A stretch of DNA of 64,000 nucleotides from an uncultured virus (IMG/VR IMGVR_UViG_3300010282_000326). Lineage: Duplodnaviria > Heunggongvirae > Uroviricota > Caudoviricetes. Made by a program: the position numbers and the translations under genes. The DNA is taken from the IMG/VR virus record IMGVR_UViG_3300010282_000326; one strand, written 5' to 3'. Below the pieces are notes generated by a model. It ran no database searches and was not told where the DNA came from. It saw only the letters and a program-made list of their open reading frames with translations. Below, one piece after another: positions 28,684-38,622 of this stretch (positions are counted from its first letter, which is position 1; the number at the start of each line of letters is the position of its first letter).

Positions 28684-29664
28684 ATGAAGATAGGTAATTT
28701 TAATGTCAGTAAGAAAGCTCTTATAGTTATTGGAGTTTTGGTTGTCATTATTATCATTTCTTCCCTAGTGAGCAAGAAGAAACATAATGATGAGGTTAAG
28801 CGACAGCAAGCAGAGGCTTTAGCTAATCAGCAACAAAAAACAACTGAAGCAACAACAGAAAGGGAGGTACCAGATACAAAGGCTATGCTTCAAGAGAAGT
28901 ATAGAGAACTTTATGGTGAGCCCCCAGTTGGTTTTGAGTGGGATGCAACAGGTAATTTAATTGCTTTAGGTAATAATGAAGAGATGACTGCTGAAGATGT
29001 AGTTTATGTTTACATTCGAGCACTTTCAATATTGGATTTTGCAACTGCTCAAAGATACTCATCTCAAAGTTATGTAACTGATACTTATAATGACTATTAT
29101 TCAGCTGCAACTGCAGCTATTGTAGATTATTATAGTGCTTTTTCAAGAAAGCAATATAAATATGCCTTAACATCTATAGAGTTGTTAGATGTAGCCGATA
29201 CAGCGGTATTTGCTGATGGTACTGAGATGGTAACTCTTAATATAAAGGTTTGTGATTTAACAAATAAGGATTTTTGGAAGGCAGATAAGGAAACATTATT
29301 CGAGACTCTAAGAGAATATGATGAATTTGAGGCTGATGAAACAAAGAAGAATCAGTACATCTATGATTATATTTACCAAGCTTATGAAGATGGTAAAGCA
29401 GGTAAGAGAGTTGTACCAATAGAGATAGTTTTGTCTAAGGAAAATGCATCAGGTTGGCTAGTATCAAATGACAAGGAATTAGATGCAGTTTTAGGTTATG
29501 ATTGGGGTAATGATGTTGCTAATTATATAAATCAAGAATATACTTCTTGGTTAATTACAAAGAGAGTTGATGAACAAAAACAGGAAGTAGAAGATAAGCG
29601 TAAAGAGATAGAAAGTCAGAAGAATAAGTCTACTACTGAAACAGATGCAACGGAAGAGGATTAG
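28684..29664 (+). CDS. bitopic membrane protein (VirB8/TcpC-like by context)
   Basis: N-terminal TM, then AEDVVYVYIRAL...DFATAQRY...WLV pattern suggestive of an NTF2-like fold. Confidence 0.5.
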   Translation: MKIGNFNVSKKALIVIGVLVVIIIISSLVSKKKHNDEVKRQQAEALANQQQKTTEATTEREVPDTKAMLQEKYRELYGEPPVGFEWDATGNLIALGNNEEMTAEDVVYVYIRALSILDFATAQRYSSQSYVTDTYNDYYSAATAAIVDYYSAFSRKQYKYALTSIELLDVADTAVFADGTEMVTLNIKVCDLTNKDFWKADKETLFETLREYDEFEADETKKNQYIYDYIYQAYEDGKAGKRVVPIEIVLSKENASGWLVSNDKELDAVLGYDWGNDVANYINQEYTSWLITKRVDEQKQEVEDKRKEIESQKNKSTTETDATEED

Positions 29665-29666
29665 TT

Positions 29667-29813
29667 ATGGCGATTTTAATTTGTATTTTACTCTTATCAA
29701 CTGTATATGTAGCAAGTAACGAGAAGATACAAGATAGCTCTCGTAGTGGGTATTTTGTATTTGCAGGTATTTGTCTTGTTGCTTATATTGTATTTGGTTT
29801 ACTTTTAGCTTAA
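29667..29813 (+). CDS. 48-aa two-TM hydrophobic microprotein (absent from the ORF track)
   Basis: MAILICILLLSTVYVASNEKIQDSSRSGYFVFAGICLVAYIVFGLLLA; GAGGA RBS; fills the gap between two operon genes. Confidence 0.7.
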   Translation: MAILICILLLSTVYVASNEKIQDSSRSGYFVFAGICLVAYIVFGLLLA

Positions 29814-29830
29814 TGTAGGTAGGTGTTCAG

Positions 29831-31615
29831 ATGTTAGGTATAATTATAGGAATTTTTCTATTTCTTTTAACAATACCAATAAAGACTGTAGAACTTGGTA
29901 TGAAAGTAAAAGAAAAAGGGAAAAATATAAAGGATAAAATTAATAATACCTTATCATCTGATGGTGAGGGCGAAGGTTCAGATATCGGTAGTGTAATAAA
30001 AGGTGTAACTGGTACAGCAGGTGGTGCTGTAGGTAAAGCTAAAGGTGTTGCCAGTAAAGTTAATAGCTTGAACCCAAAGATAGGTTTTAAGGTAAAGAAT
30101 AAAAAGGGTAAAGCAACTGGTAAAAAAGGTCTTAAGGATAGTAAAGCAGGAAAAGCAGTTACAGTAGCAAAGAAAGGTATAAAATTAACTATCAAGGCTT
30201 TAAAGGCTTTAGTTATGTTTATTCGGTCTATTGCAGCTGTAATTTCTGCTTTAGGTGCTTTTACTACTTTAATAATAATTTTTTTGGTTTTAGTTTTAAT
30301 AGCAATAATAGCAGGAGTATTTTTAGTGGTATTAAATGATGGTGGTATTGCTGGAGATTCTTCCTCTACTGCTTCAGGTACAGATGCTCAGAGTGAAAGT
30401 TCAGATGGTGGTATGTCTGATGAAGAAGCAGCGGAATCTTGGTTAAAACACTGTGATAAAGTATATAAATTGATGTTAGACTCTAAGACTACTTATAGTC
30501 AAACTAATTGGACTAAAATAAAAATAGATGATAAAGAGTATAAATGGAGACCTGATTGTTCTGGTACAGTAGCGGTTTATCTTTGTTCTTATGGTGAAAT
30601 TGATAGTACATCACATACTGTAGGAACACTTGTAGAAGCAAGTTATAAGTCATTCCAAGTGTTACAAATTGGTAAGGATATAAAAGAACCAGATGATTTA
30701 AGGGCTGGAGATATTTTTGCAGCTACTGATAAACATGTGTTGATTATTACTAAATATGATGCAGATACAGATACAGCTTCAGGTTATAATATGCCAGGTA
30801 CTGGACATACTGTTGAAGAGTGGTCAAATAAAGTTACAAAGTCAGGAAATTACTTTAAGATTTCAGGAACAAGTAGTGGTAATTATGATTATGTAATAAG
30901 ACCTAAAGGATATAAGAAGGCAGCAAGTGGAGATTGGGTATTTTATTTCCAAGGTCAGTCACCATGGGGAAGTTGGGATTATACTGGTATTAATAGTGCA
31001 ACCTATCAAGGTCAAGCTTGCGGTTTAACTAGTACATCTATGGTTGTAGCAACTTATGCACAAAAGAATGGTGCTGATATTAATAAGGAAGTTACAGTTC
31101 ATAAAGGTTCAGATAGTGGTGGTTCTTCTTCAGACCCATCTGGAGCTTGTAGAAAAGTAGCAGGAGAAACAGCTAAAGTACCAATATACTCACCTCCAGC
31201 TCTTAGAGAAAAAGGTTATGAGAAGTTTGGATATATTCCTTATACAGCAGGAGAACGAGGTGCAATTCCAGATTTGATTAGTTTGTATCCAGAGTGTAAA
31301 ATAACTTGTACATCAGATAAAGATGGTGCAGTAGATTTAGATGAATTGGATAAGGTGTTAGCAAAAGGTGGTTGTATGATTGCTTGTTATGGTAAACCAC
31401 CATCAAAAGATGGAGTTGGTGTTTGGACTGAGCGGGGACATTATGTTGTAATAAGAGGTGGAAATCAAAAAGATGGATATGATGCAGCAGACCCAAATTT
31501 AAAGCATGATACAGGTGAGAGTGGTATAAAAGAATGGGCACCATATCGTGAGTGGAAATTTGATAAAGCTTATGTAGAAGATACAAGTTATTATTACTTT
31601 ATAGAACCAAAATAA
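29831..31615 (+). CDS. membrane-anchored cell-wall hydrolase with NlpC/P60-like and C39-like peptidase domains (VirB1-type role)
   Basis: PDCSG...LRAGDI...KHV (NlpC/P60-like), then YFQ...W...ACGLTSTSMVV...GHYVVI...ADP (C39-like). Confidence 0.7.
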   Translation: MLGIIIGIFLFLLTIPIKTVELGMKVKEKGKNIKDKINNTLSSDGEGEGSDIGSVIKGVTGTAGGAVGKAKGVASKVNSLNPKIGFKVKNKKGKATGKKGLKDSKAGKAVTVAKKGIKLTIKALKALVMFIRSIAAVISALGAFTTLIIIFLVLVLIAIIAGVFLVVLNDGGIAGDSSSTASGTDAQSESSDGGMSDEEAAESWLKHCDKVYKLMLDSKTTYSQTNWTKIKIDDKEYKWRPDCSGTVAVYLCSYGEIDSTSHTVGTLVEASYKSFQVLQIGKDIKEPDDLRAGDIFAATDKHVLIITKYDADTDTASGYNMPGTGHTVEEWSNKVTKSGNYFKISGTSSGNYDYVIRPKGYKKAASGDWVFYFQGQSPWGSWDYTGINSATYQGQACGLTSTSMVVATYAQKNGADINKEVTVHKGSDSGGSSSDPSGACRKVAGETAKVPIYSPPALREKGYEKFGYIPYTAGERGAIPDLISLYPECKITCTSDKDGAVDLDELDKVLAKGGCMIACYGKPPSKDGVGVWTERGHYVVIRGGNQKDGYDAADPNLKHDTGESGIKEWAPYREWKFDKAYVEDTSYYYFIEPK

Positions 31616-31628
31616 GTGGAGGTAGTTT

Positions 31629-32408
31629 ATGAAAAATCAAAAGTTAAAATTTATTATTGGGCTTGTAGTCATAGCCTTACTATTATTTAGTGTTATATTT
31701 ACACGAGTGCGAAAAAATAAGTTTCATTCAAATAACAGGGATAATATAGTTATTGACACAGATTCAAAGGAGTATTCTCAAGAGGAGTTAGATGCACTAA
31801 ATGAACCAATAGGGGGTATTGCTCCTTTAGAAGATACTTCAAGTGATACAGATGCAGTTACTGGTGAGTTAAATCAAGAAGAAGTAGATAAGGCTATTAA
31901 GGAGTTAAAAGAAGATAATGAGGTAGTGAAGCCAGATAAGACTACTGAAACCACTACAGAGGCTACTACAGAAGCAACTACAGAGTCATCAAGTGAAGAT
32001 GATGGTGGAGAAGGACTTGCAGCTAATGAGGATAAGGCATCACAGGTACCAGTTGCAAAGCCAGAATCTGAATCGGAAAAATATTGGCAGTCTTTTGTAG
32101 ATTCTGTGTCGACTGATATGTTTGAAGAAGTTGTATTTTCTGAGGCAATAGTTTCAGATGTAATTAAGGGTAATTTGCTTGGAAATATTTATGGTTGCCC
32201 ATTTACAACATCAGATTTTAGAAATATTTATAAAAATGGTTTTTTTGCTAATGTAACTGATTGTGAAATTTCCGAGTTAGATTATGGTGCTACAAGTTGT
32301 GTTGCTAAAATAACATTTGCTGATGGTTCTACAAAGAATTATAGTGTACATTTTGAATTAGATGAATTTGGTACACATATAAGTGATTTAGTTTGCACTG
32401 AGCAGTGA
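31629..32408 (+). CDS. bitopic membrane protein
   Basis: N-terminal TM, TTEA linker, acidic soluble domain. Confidence 0.8.
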   Translation: MKNQKLKFIIGLVVIALLLFSVIFTRVRKNKFHSNNRDNIVIDTDSKEYSQEELDALNEPIGGIAPLEDTSSDTDAVTGELNQEEVDKAIKELKEDNEVVKPDKTTETTTEATTEATTESSSEDDGGEGLAANEDKASQVPVAKPESESEKYWQSFVDSVSTDMFEEVVFSEAIVSDVIKGNLLGNIYGCPFTTSDFRNIYKNGFFANVTDCEISELDYGATSCVAKITFADGSTKNYSVHFELDEFGTHISDLVCTEQ

Positions 32409-32424
32409 TTAGGAGGTTAGTTAA

Positions 32425-34722
32425 ATGGGTATAGGAGATATGCATTCAAATGGGTTTGATGCTGATGCATCACGATATGAGAGAGAAAATAGGTTAAATC
32501 CTGCGGAATTTGCACCAGGTCAAGATGCAACATTCCAGCAGGATATTTTCGCTACTAGTTCAGTTCCAGCCAACACTGGTGAAATGGGAGATATATTTGG
32601 CTCAGGTGCAGGTGGTGGAGATATTTTTGGTGGTCAGAATGATATTTTTGGTGGTCAAGGTGGAAATTCTTTTGATGCATTCGGTGGTGCAGGCTTAAAT
32701 ATGCAAAACGGTATGAACCCTATGGGTATGCAAGGTCAGCAACAAGGTATGTCTGAGGAAGATAAATTTTGGAATGCTGTCGGTACAGGTGCTAAAGGTA
32801 CTATGAATTTCTTTAAAGATTTCACATCTTCATTCAAGGAAGTAACACCTTTATTTTGGCAGAAGTTTGGTTATAAATCAGCAGTAGTTGGTATAGTTGC
32901 TTTAGGTATTGGTATAGTTTTACGCTTGTTTGGTATTAAGGATGGTTTACAACTTGCTATTGGTGGTTGTCTAACTTCAGCAGTTGGTGTTATGACTATG
33001 ATGTTTAATACAGAAAAGGCTAAGACTTGTTCAAGTGATTATAAGAGTAGCAATAATACAATAACAGGTTTAAATACACAGCCAGCTATGGATTCTACTG
33101 GTTTTGATGATTTTTCAAATAATGAAGGTACAGAAGATTGGGGTAGTTCTCAAGGTGATGATTGGGGAAATGACTCAGCTGATGATTGGGGTGGCTCAGA
33201 TGATGAATGGGGCGATTCCGATGATGATTATAGTAGTGATGATGAAGATGAAGATTGGGATTTCGATGATAATGCTTTTGATTCAGGTGCTGATATGGAA
33301 CAAGTAAGTAAAGAAGATGCACTGAATGAAATGCAAGTTATAGATAAAGGTATGTACACAAGGCAGTATCTTTGGGATATGTTTACAAAGGTTTTACCTA
33401 CAATGAAGCCGAATTTTGCTACTATGAGAGAAATAGATGAAGATGATGATTCATTCTTAGAATGGGGTGATTCATTAAGAGAAGCAGCTCAGGTAGCAGG
33501 TTGTAAGGAAGAGTCCTTACCAGAGCTTTTAAGATTACAAGAAAATTTATTTACTATTATTCTTACTTGTGATAGACCTGTTGGTTTTAAGCCAGATGCA
33601 GTTGGTCAGGAATTAGCAAATATTTATGCGTATCAAGATGGAGAATTCAATGCAGGGGTATTTTCAAAAGTTGATACAGTTGGTAGTAAGTGTATAATAA
33701 CTATATTTACTGGTGCTTCAGCTATGATATCATTAAAGGATATGATGTTAGTTGAAAAAGATTTCTTCTTAAATGCTGATAATACAATTCCAGTAGTTTT
33801 AGGTGTAAATCAGTTAGGTAAGGTAATTAAAGCTGATTTTAGAAAACTTGAAAGTATTATAGTTACTGGTATGCCCCGTTCAGGTAAGTCTTGGTTTGTT
33901 CAGGCTGTTTTAACTCAAATGTGTGCTTTCTTATCACCTAAAGAGTTAACATTTTATATTTGTGACCCTAAAGAGGGTATATCAGATTTTAAGTCTTTCT
34001 GTTTACCTCATGTAAAGAAGTTTGTTAGTGGTGATGCAGCTATTGTTAAGACTTTGAAAAACATTGTAAGAGTAGAAGGACCGAGACGTAAGAAACTTAT
34101 TGGAGATGCAGGTTTTGTTAATATTTGGGATTATAAAGAAAGATACCCAGATGTCGAGATACCTATATTATATGTGGTAATTGATGAGGTAGTTACTCTT
34201 GCTGAAAGAATGGATAAGGAAGTAAAGAAAGAATTTATGGGGTACTTAATTGAGTTAATTTCTCAGTTACCTGCTTTAGGTATCAGAGCATTTCTCGTAC
34301 CTCATGTAATTAAGAATGATATTATACCAAAAACAGCTACAGACTTAGTGCCTTGCAAGATTTCAGTTAAGGGTGATGCAGACCATATTGAAAAAGCAAC
34401 AGGTTCTAAGCCTAAAGATTTCCCTTATAAACTTTCAAATGCAGGTGATATGGCTGTTAAGTTATCAAATGTACCTGAGACTATGTATGTACATGGACCA
34501 GCTTTAACTAAGAGTAATCCAGAAAATAATGAGTTATTTGATTATATGCGTAGAGTTTGGGGAAAACTTGAGCCAGAGACTTTACTTGATTCAGTTGCAG
34601 CTAATGAAGAAAATGAGAAGGCTAATGAGGAAGTATTAAAACGATTACAAGTTGAGTCTGAGGATGGTGGGTTTAATCCTTTAGATGATGATAGTGATGA
34701 GGATTTTGATTTATTTGGTTAG
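32425..34722 (+). CDS. membrane-anchored FtsK/SpoIIIE-family ATPase (TcpA-like coupling protein or DNA translocase)
   Basis: Two TM helices; IPVVLG...SIIVTGMPRSGKS, FYICDPK, PILYVVIDEV, ALGIR motifs. Confidence 0.8.
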   Translation: MGIGDMHSNGFDADASRYERENRLNPAEFAPGQDATFQQDIFATSSVPANTGEMGDIFGSGAGGGDIFGGQNDIFGGQGGNSFDAFGGAGLNMQNGMNPMGMQGQQQGMSEEDKFWNAVGTGAKGTMNFFKDFTSSFKEVTPLFWQKFGYKSAVVGIVALGIGIVLRLFGIKDGLQLAIGGCLTSAVGVMTMMFNTEKAKTCSSDYKSSNNTITGLNTQPAMDSTGFDDFSNNEGTEDWGSSQGDDWGNDSADDWGGSDDEWGDSDDDYSSDDEDEDWDFDDNAFDSGADMEQVSKEDALNEMQVIDKGMYTRQYLWDMFTKVLPTMKPNFATMREIDEDDDSFLEWGDSLREAAQVAGCKEESLPELLRLQENLFTIILTCDRPVGFKPDAVGQELANIYAYQDGEFNAGVFSKVDTVGSKCIITIFTGASAMISLKDMMLVEKDFFLNADNTIPVVLGVNQLGKVIKADFRKLESIIVTGMPRSGKSWFVQAVLTQMCAFLSPKELTFYICDPKEGISDFKSFCLPHVKKFVSGDAAIVKTLKNIVRVEGPRRKKLIGDAGFVNIWDYKERYPDVEIPILYVVIDEVVTLAERMDKEVKKEFMGYLIELISQLPALGIRAFLVPHVIKNDIIPKTATDLVPCKISVKGDADHIEKATGSKPKDFPYKLSNAGDMAVKLSNVPETMYVHGPALTKSNPENNELFDYMRRVWGKLEPETLLDSVAANEENEKANEEVLKRLQVESEDGGFNPLDDDSDEDFDLFG

Positions 34723-34746
34723 TTTTTTAGATAATGGAGGTTAGTT

Positions 34747-36336
34747 ATGAAAAATTTACCAACCTTATATGAAGATTATCAAGAACTAATGTTGGACTTA
34801 AGTATATTTGGAAAAATTATTGAAGTTCCTCAACAAAGTCTAACTGATATGAAGGAATCTTTGTTTGAGGAATTCAAAAGAAGAAAGCCATTACCAACAT
34901 TAGAGGATGAAAGATATAAGTTAAGTAAGTTAGTGTCATCCGATTTTTTAATAGCTTATAATGAAGAAGTAGAACTACATGAAAATGAAAGTATAATAGA
35001 CTTTAGTAAATCTGAAAAATCTGAAAGAATTGATACAAGTATTGATGGTACTATATCAGATGAGATTAAGTCTTTATTTTCATATGAGCATCAAGTTAAG
35101 GAAATTGATAAAGAAGAAATTAAGAAGAAGTATATGTCTGATGATGAAGAGTTTATAGGTGGGGTAGCTTCTACAGAAAAGTTATTTAATTCTAGTCCAG
35201 AAAATAATAATTTAGTATTAAATGATGAGGAAATTGAAGGTTTGGGTAAATCGTTAGTTAATGAAGGTTTACAAGTTGATATGGATTTAGTTAATTCTGT
35301 AGGAACTGAAAGTTCTGAATTGAAAATAGAAGTTGATTCTGATATCTATGAGTCTAATGAAATATCTGTTGATGATGGAATTTCGGTAGATATAGATTTA
35401 GCTGATTCTGATGAAGATGATTCCTATGATGAAGATGAATCTTATGAGGAAGAAGATTCTTATGATGAAGTTGAGGAAGGTGACTCTTATTTAGAAGATG
35501 AGGAAGATGAGGAGGATGATTCTTACTCAGAGGATAGTGAAGATGGTGAAGACGAGTCTTATGATGAAGACGAGTCTTATGATGAAGATGAATCTTACGA
35601 TGAGGATGAGGAAGATGATTCCTATTCAGAAGATAGTGAAGATGACGAAGATGATTCCTATGGTGAAGATGATTCTTATGATGAAGACGAGGAAGATGAG
35701 TCTTACAATGATGAAGATGAGTCTTATGCTGAAGATGAGGAAGATGATTCCTATTCAGAGGATAGCGAAGATGACGAAGACGAGTCTTATGATGAAGATA
35801 ATGATGAAGACGAGTCTTACGATGAAGATGATGAAGACGAATCTTATGATGAAGATGAGGAAGATGATTCCTATTCAGAAGATAGTGAAGATGATGAAGA
35901 CAATTCTTATGATGAAGATGAGGAAGATGATTCCTATGAGGAGTCTGACATAAGTTATAAGGAAGAAATTGATAGTACTGTTGAAGAAGTTAAAGATACA
36001 AGTAATATAAATGTTATTGATGATAAAGTTCAAGCATCAAGTGTTGTTGATGCGATTTTTAATGATGATACAGATTTAGGTTTTGTGGATAAGTTAATTG
36101 AAGAGAATACTGAAATAAATATTCCACCTGCACCTATAATGAAAGAAGTTTCAACAAAAATAAATGCAGTAGAAACTGCACCTAAAGAGGAAGAGCCTAC
36201 TGATTTGCGTCAGTTTATAAGAAAGCATCCAAGGTGTGAAATTTCTTTTGCATTAAAATACTTTACCAAGAAGCAAATTAATGATGCAATAAAGATGGGT
36301 AAAGTGGTTAAAAAAGGTAATATATTAAAAATTTAA
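34747..36336 (+). CDS. very acidic repeat protein with a small basic C-terminal domain
   Basis: SYDEDEEDD repeats; tail LRQFIRKHPRCEISFALKYFTKKQINDAIKMGKVVKK. Confidence 0.85.
   Translation: MKNLPTLYEDYQELMLDLSIFGKIIEVPQQSLTDMKESLFEEFKRRKPLPTLEDERYKLSKLVSSDFLIAYNEEVELHENESIIDFSKSEKSERIDTSIDGTISDEIKSLFSYEHQVKEIDKEEIKKKYMSDDEEFIGGVASTEKLFNSSPENNNLVLNDEEIEGLGKSLVNEGLQVDMDLVNSVGTESSELKIEVDSDIYESNEISVDDGISVDIDLADSDEDDSYDEDESYEEEDSYDEVEEGDSYLEDEEDEEDDSYSEDSEDGEDESYDEDESYDEDESYDEDEEDDSYSEDSEDDEDDSYGEDDSYDEDEEDESYNDEDESYAEDEEDDSYSEDSEDDEDESYDEDNDEDESYDEDDEDESYDEDEEDDSYSEDSEDDEDNSYDEDEEDDSYEESDISYKEEIDSTVEEVKDTSNINVIDDKVQASSVVDAIFNDDTDLGFVDKLIEENTEINIPPAPIMKEVSTKINAVETAPKEEEPTDLRQFIRKHPRCEISFALKYFTKKQINDAIKMGKVVKKGNILKI
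35405..35945 (+). repeat. imperfect coding tandem repeats (SYDEDE / DDSYSEDSEDDE)
   Basis: GATGAGGAAGATGATTCCTATTCAGA recurs several times. Confidence 0.8.
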
Positions 36337-36348
36337 GGAGGCTTTAAG

Positions 36349-38613
36349 ATGAGGAAAAAGCGTTTAGTTGCGATGGGTTTAGTTTTATTGTTAACCTCAT
36401 CCATGTTGACAGGTTGTGGTGATACTCAGGATATCGAAAGTCTGAATAAGATGCAGTCTTTAAATTCTGAGTCAAATGCAAAGGATAATTACAAGTTATC
36501 CTATTCAGATAAGCAGGATATGATTTATGCTCAAGTTTCTGATAGAACTTTATTAGATTTATCTGCTTTGGATGCTTGTGATGATAATGAAGTCCAAGAA
36601 GTAGTCAATTATATGGATGCAGTTGATGCAGTGCTTGAAGGGGGTACTGCTAAAGAAGATGGAGTTATAGATTCAAAGTTTACTGATTATTTATTAGCAG
36701 AGTTTGAAAAGACTCCTTATTACTGGCAGAGGCAGAGAACAACTATAAGAGGTATTGATTCCTCGTCAAGAGCTATTGTTGTTGATGTTGTTTATCATAC
36801 TATCGATTTTGAGAAAACTGTTATTCCAGATAGTACAATAGCAAAGGGTTGTGATAATTATGATAAATTGATGGCAACAAGATATACAAGATATTGCTCA
36901 ATTCTTCAGACTAAGTATCAGAATCCACAGTCTGATTGGCAATCCCAGATGACACAGTTTGAAAAAGTTTATGGTAAGGCTTCTGATATTTATGAGTCAC
37001 AGAGAAATATAACTTTAACAGATACAGTTTTTGAAACTGGTAATCAAAGAACTTATAATGGTGTTATAGATACAGAGGCTGAAAAGTCAGGTGCTTCTAT
37101 GACAGTAAGATATGTATTAGTACCTAATTATGTTTTAGGTGTTAATTTAGGTCTTGTGTGTGAGCATATGTATGTAACTAATTATAAGTTGGATAATGAT
37201 GTTACAGAAGGTTTATCAATCTTCAACGAAGAGGGGTATGCTACTATAACAGATAATGTTTATGCATTATTATATAGTTATTTTACTGCTATAGATGAGG
37301 CAAATTTTGCAGGACTTTATAAACTGACAAGTAATTTTGAAAATATTGATAAATATTGGGATGATGTGTTTGATACAACTTACTTTAAGCATGAGAACTT
37401 TACTTTATCAGTATTTAGTATAAATGGTACAAATGTTACTTGTGGTGTTACAGTTGCAAGTAAAGTTCGTGGTAAGGGTACTGATATTACAATGCCTAAT
37501 TACAAAGATAGGTATTATTTTGAATTAGAGTTAAATGATGAGAAGTTAAAGGTTAAGAATATGGTACTTCTTAGTAGAGAAATTGTAGGTGAGCCTGCAA
37601 TTACTACTCAAGATGCTGGTACTTCTGGTTTTGCAGCTTCGATTGAACTTGATAACGATGATAAAGTTGCAATCGAAAACTTAATTTGTAACTTTGGTAG
37701 CTTACAGTTACTTGGTGATGTTACATCTGATGATTTTGGTGATGTAGTTGATATTTCCATGAGTGCTAATGATTTAAATTTACTTAAGGATAATATGATT
37801 ACTACAGTAGGTAGAGTTGCTACAAATAAAGATGCTGAAGGCGAAAATGATACAACAAAAGTTACTATAGATGCAAAGAAGAAGGTTGTATTCTTGCTTA
37901 ATTATATGCAAGGTACTTCAAATTATGCATCAGTTAAATGTAGAGAACTTTTCCAAGCAGATAATAATTCTATAACAGAAGCAACATCTGTATATGATTT
38001 CATTCTTAAGGGTGGTAAGTGGTATATTATGAAGTATGCACCAGAGAATGTTGTTAAGTTAGATACAACAAATCTTACAACAACTGGTTCATTATGCTTA
38101 GTTAGCCCAGGCAAGGTTGAGTCTTATACATCTCAGGTTAAGGGTACTGCTTCAACAAGTATAGATACTGCTTCAGATACCAGTGTATCTTTTGACCATG
38201 AAGTAAAGATGCCAGTATTGAAGTCAGGTACAAAAGAAGAAGGTGTTAAACTTTTAACTGGTTCTGATATTTCAGATGATACTTTTGCAGAGCAATTAAT
38301 TATGTATGGCTTTGGTGCAACAGATTTCGATGAAACTGGGGTAGAAGATGTTGATAGTCTTTTAAGTGATGGTAAGTCTTTACTTAAAGATGTTATTGCT
38401 TACTTTGAGAATGTAAATAGTGGTGCTTACACTGTTGATGATGAGGAAGATAGGTTAGCAGCTAAGGATGAACTTGCAAATAGATGTAGAGACTTCAGTA
38501 GCGATTTAAGAAATGCATCAGGTACTGTTGATACAGCAGATACTGGAGTTAGCTTTGATAACTTAGCAGATGCTTTTGCAAGCCTTGAGGATACTATGAT
38601 ACAAGCTAATTAG
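36349..38613 (+). CDS. large lipoprotein of the conjugation-like operon
   Basis: Lipobox MLTGC; 754 aa. Confidence 0.8.
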   Translation: MRKKRLVAMGLVLLLTSSMLTGCGDTQDIESLNKMQSLNSESNAKDNYKLSYSDKQDMIYAQVSDRTLLDLSALDACDDNEVQEVVNYMDAVDAVLEGGTAKEDGVIDSKFTDYLLAEFEKTPYYWQRQRTTIRGIDSSSRAIVVDVVYHTIDFEKTVIPDSTIAKGCDNYDKLMATRYTRYCSILQTKYQNPQSDWQSQMTQFEKVYGKASDIYESQRNITLTDTVFETGNQRTYNGVIDTEAEKSGASMTVRYVLVPNYVLGVNLGLVCEHMYVTNYKLDNDVTEGLSIFNEEGYATITDNVYALLYSYFTAIDEANFAGLYKLTSNFENIDKYWDDVFDTTYFKHENFTLSVFSINGTNVTCGVTVASKVRGKGTDITMPNYKDRYYFELELNDEKLKVKNMVLLSREIVGEPAITTQDAGTSGFAASIELDNDDKVAIENLICNFGSLQLLGDVTSDDFGDVVDISMSANDLNLLKDNMITTVGRVATNKDAEGENDTTKVTIDAKKKVVFLLNYMQGTSNYASVKCRELFQADNNSITEATSVYDFILKGGKWYIMKYAPENVVKLDTTNLTTTGSLCLVSPGKVESYTSQVKGTASTSIDTASDTSVSFDHEVKMPVLKSGTKEEGVKLLTGSDISDDTFAEQLIMYGFGATDFDETGVEDVDSLLSDGKSLLKDVIAYFENVNSGAYTVDDEEDRLAAKDELANRCRDFSSDLRNASGTVDTADTGVSFDNLADAFASLEDTMIQAN

Positions 38614-38622
38614 GAGTCGGAT

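Noticed and set aside
32425..34722. EssC/EccC of a type VII secretion system
   Set aside because: Only one ATPase domain, no FHA domains and no WXG100 genes; the neighbouring VirB4-like gene favours conjugation
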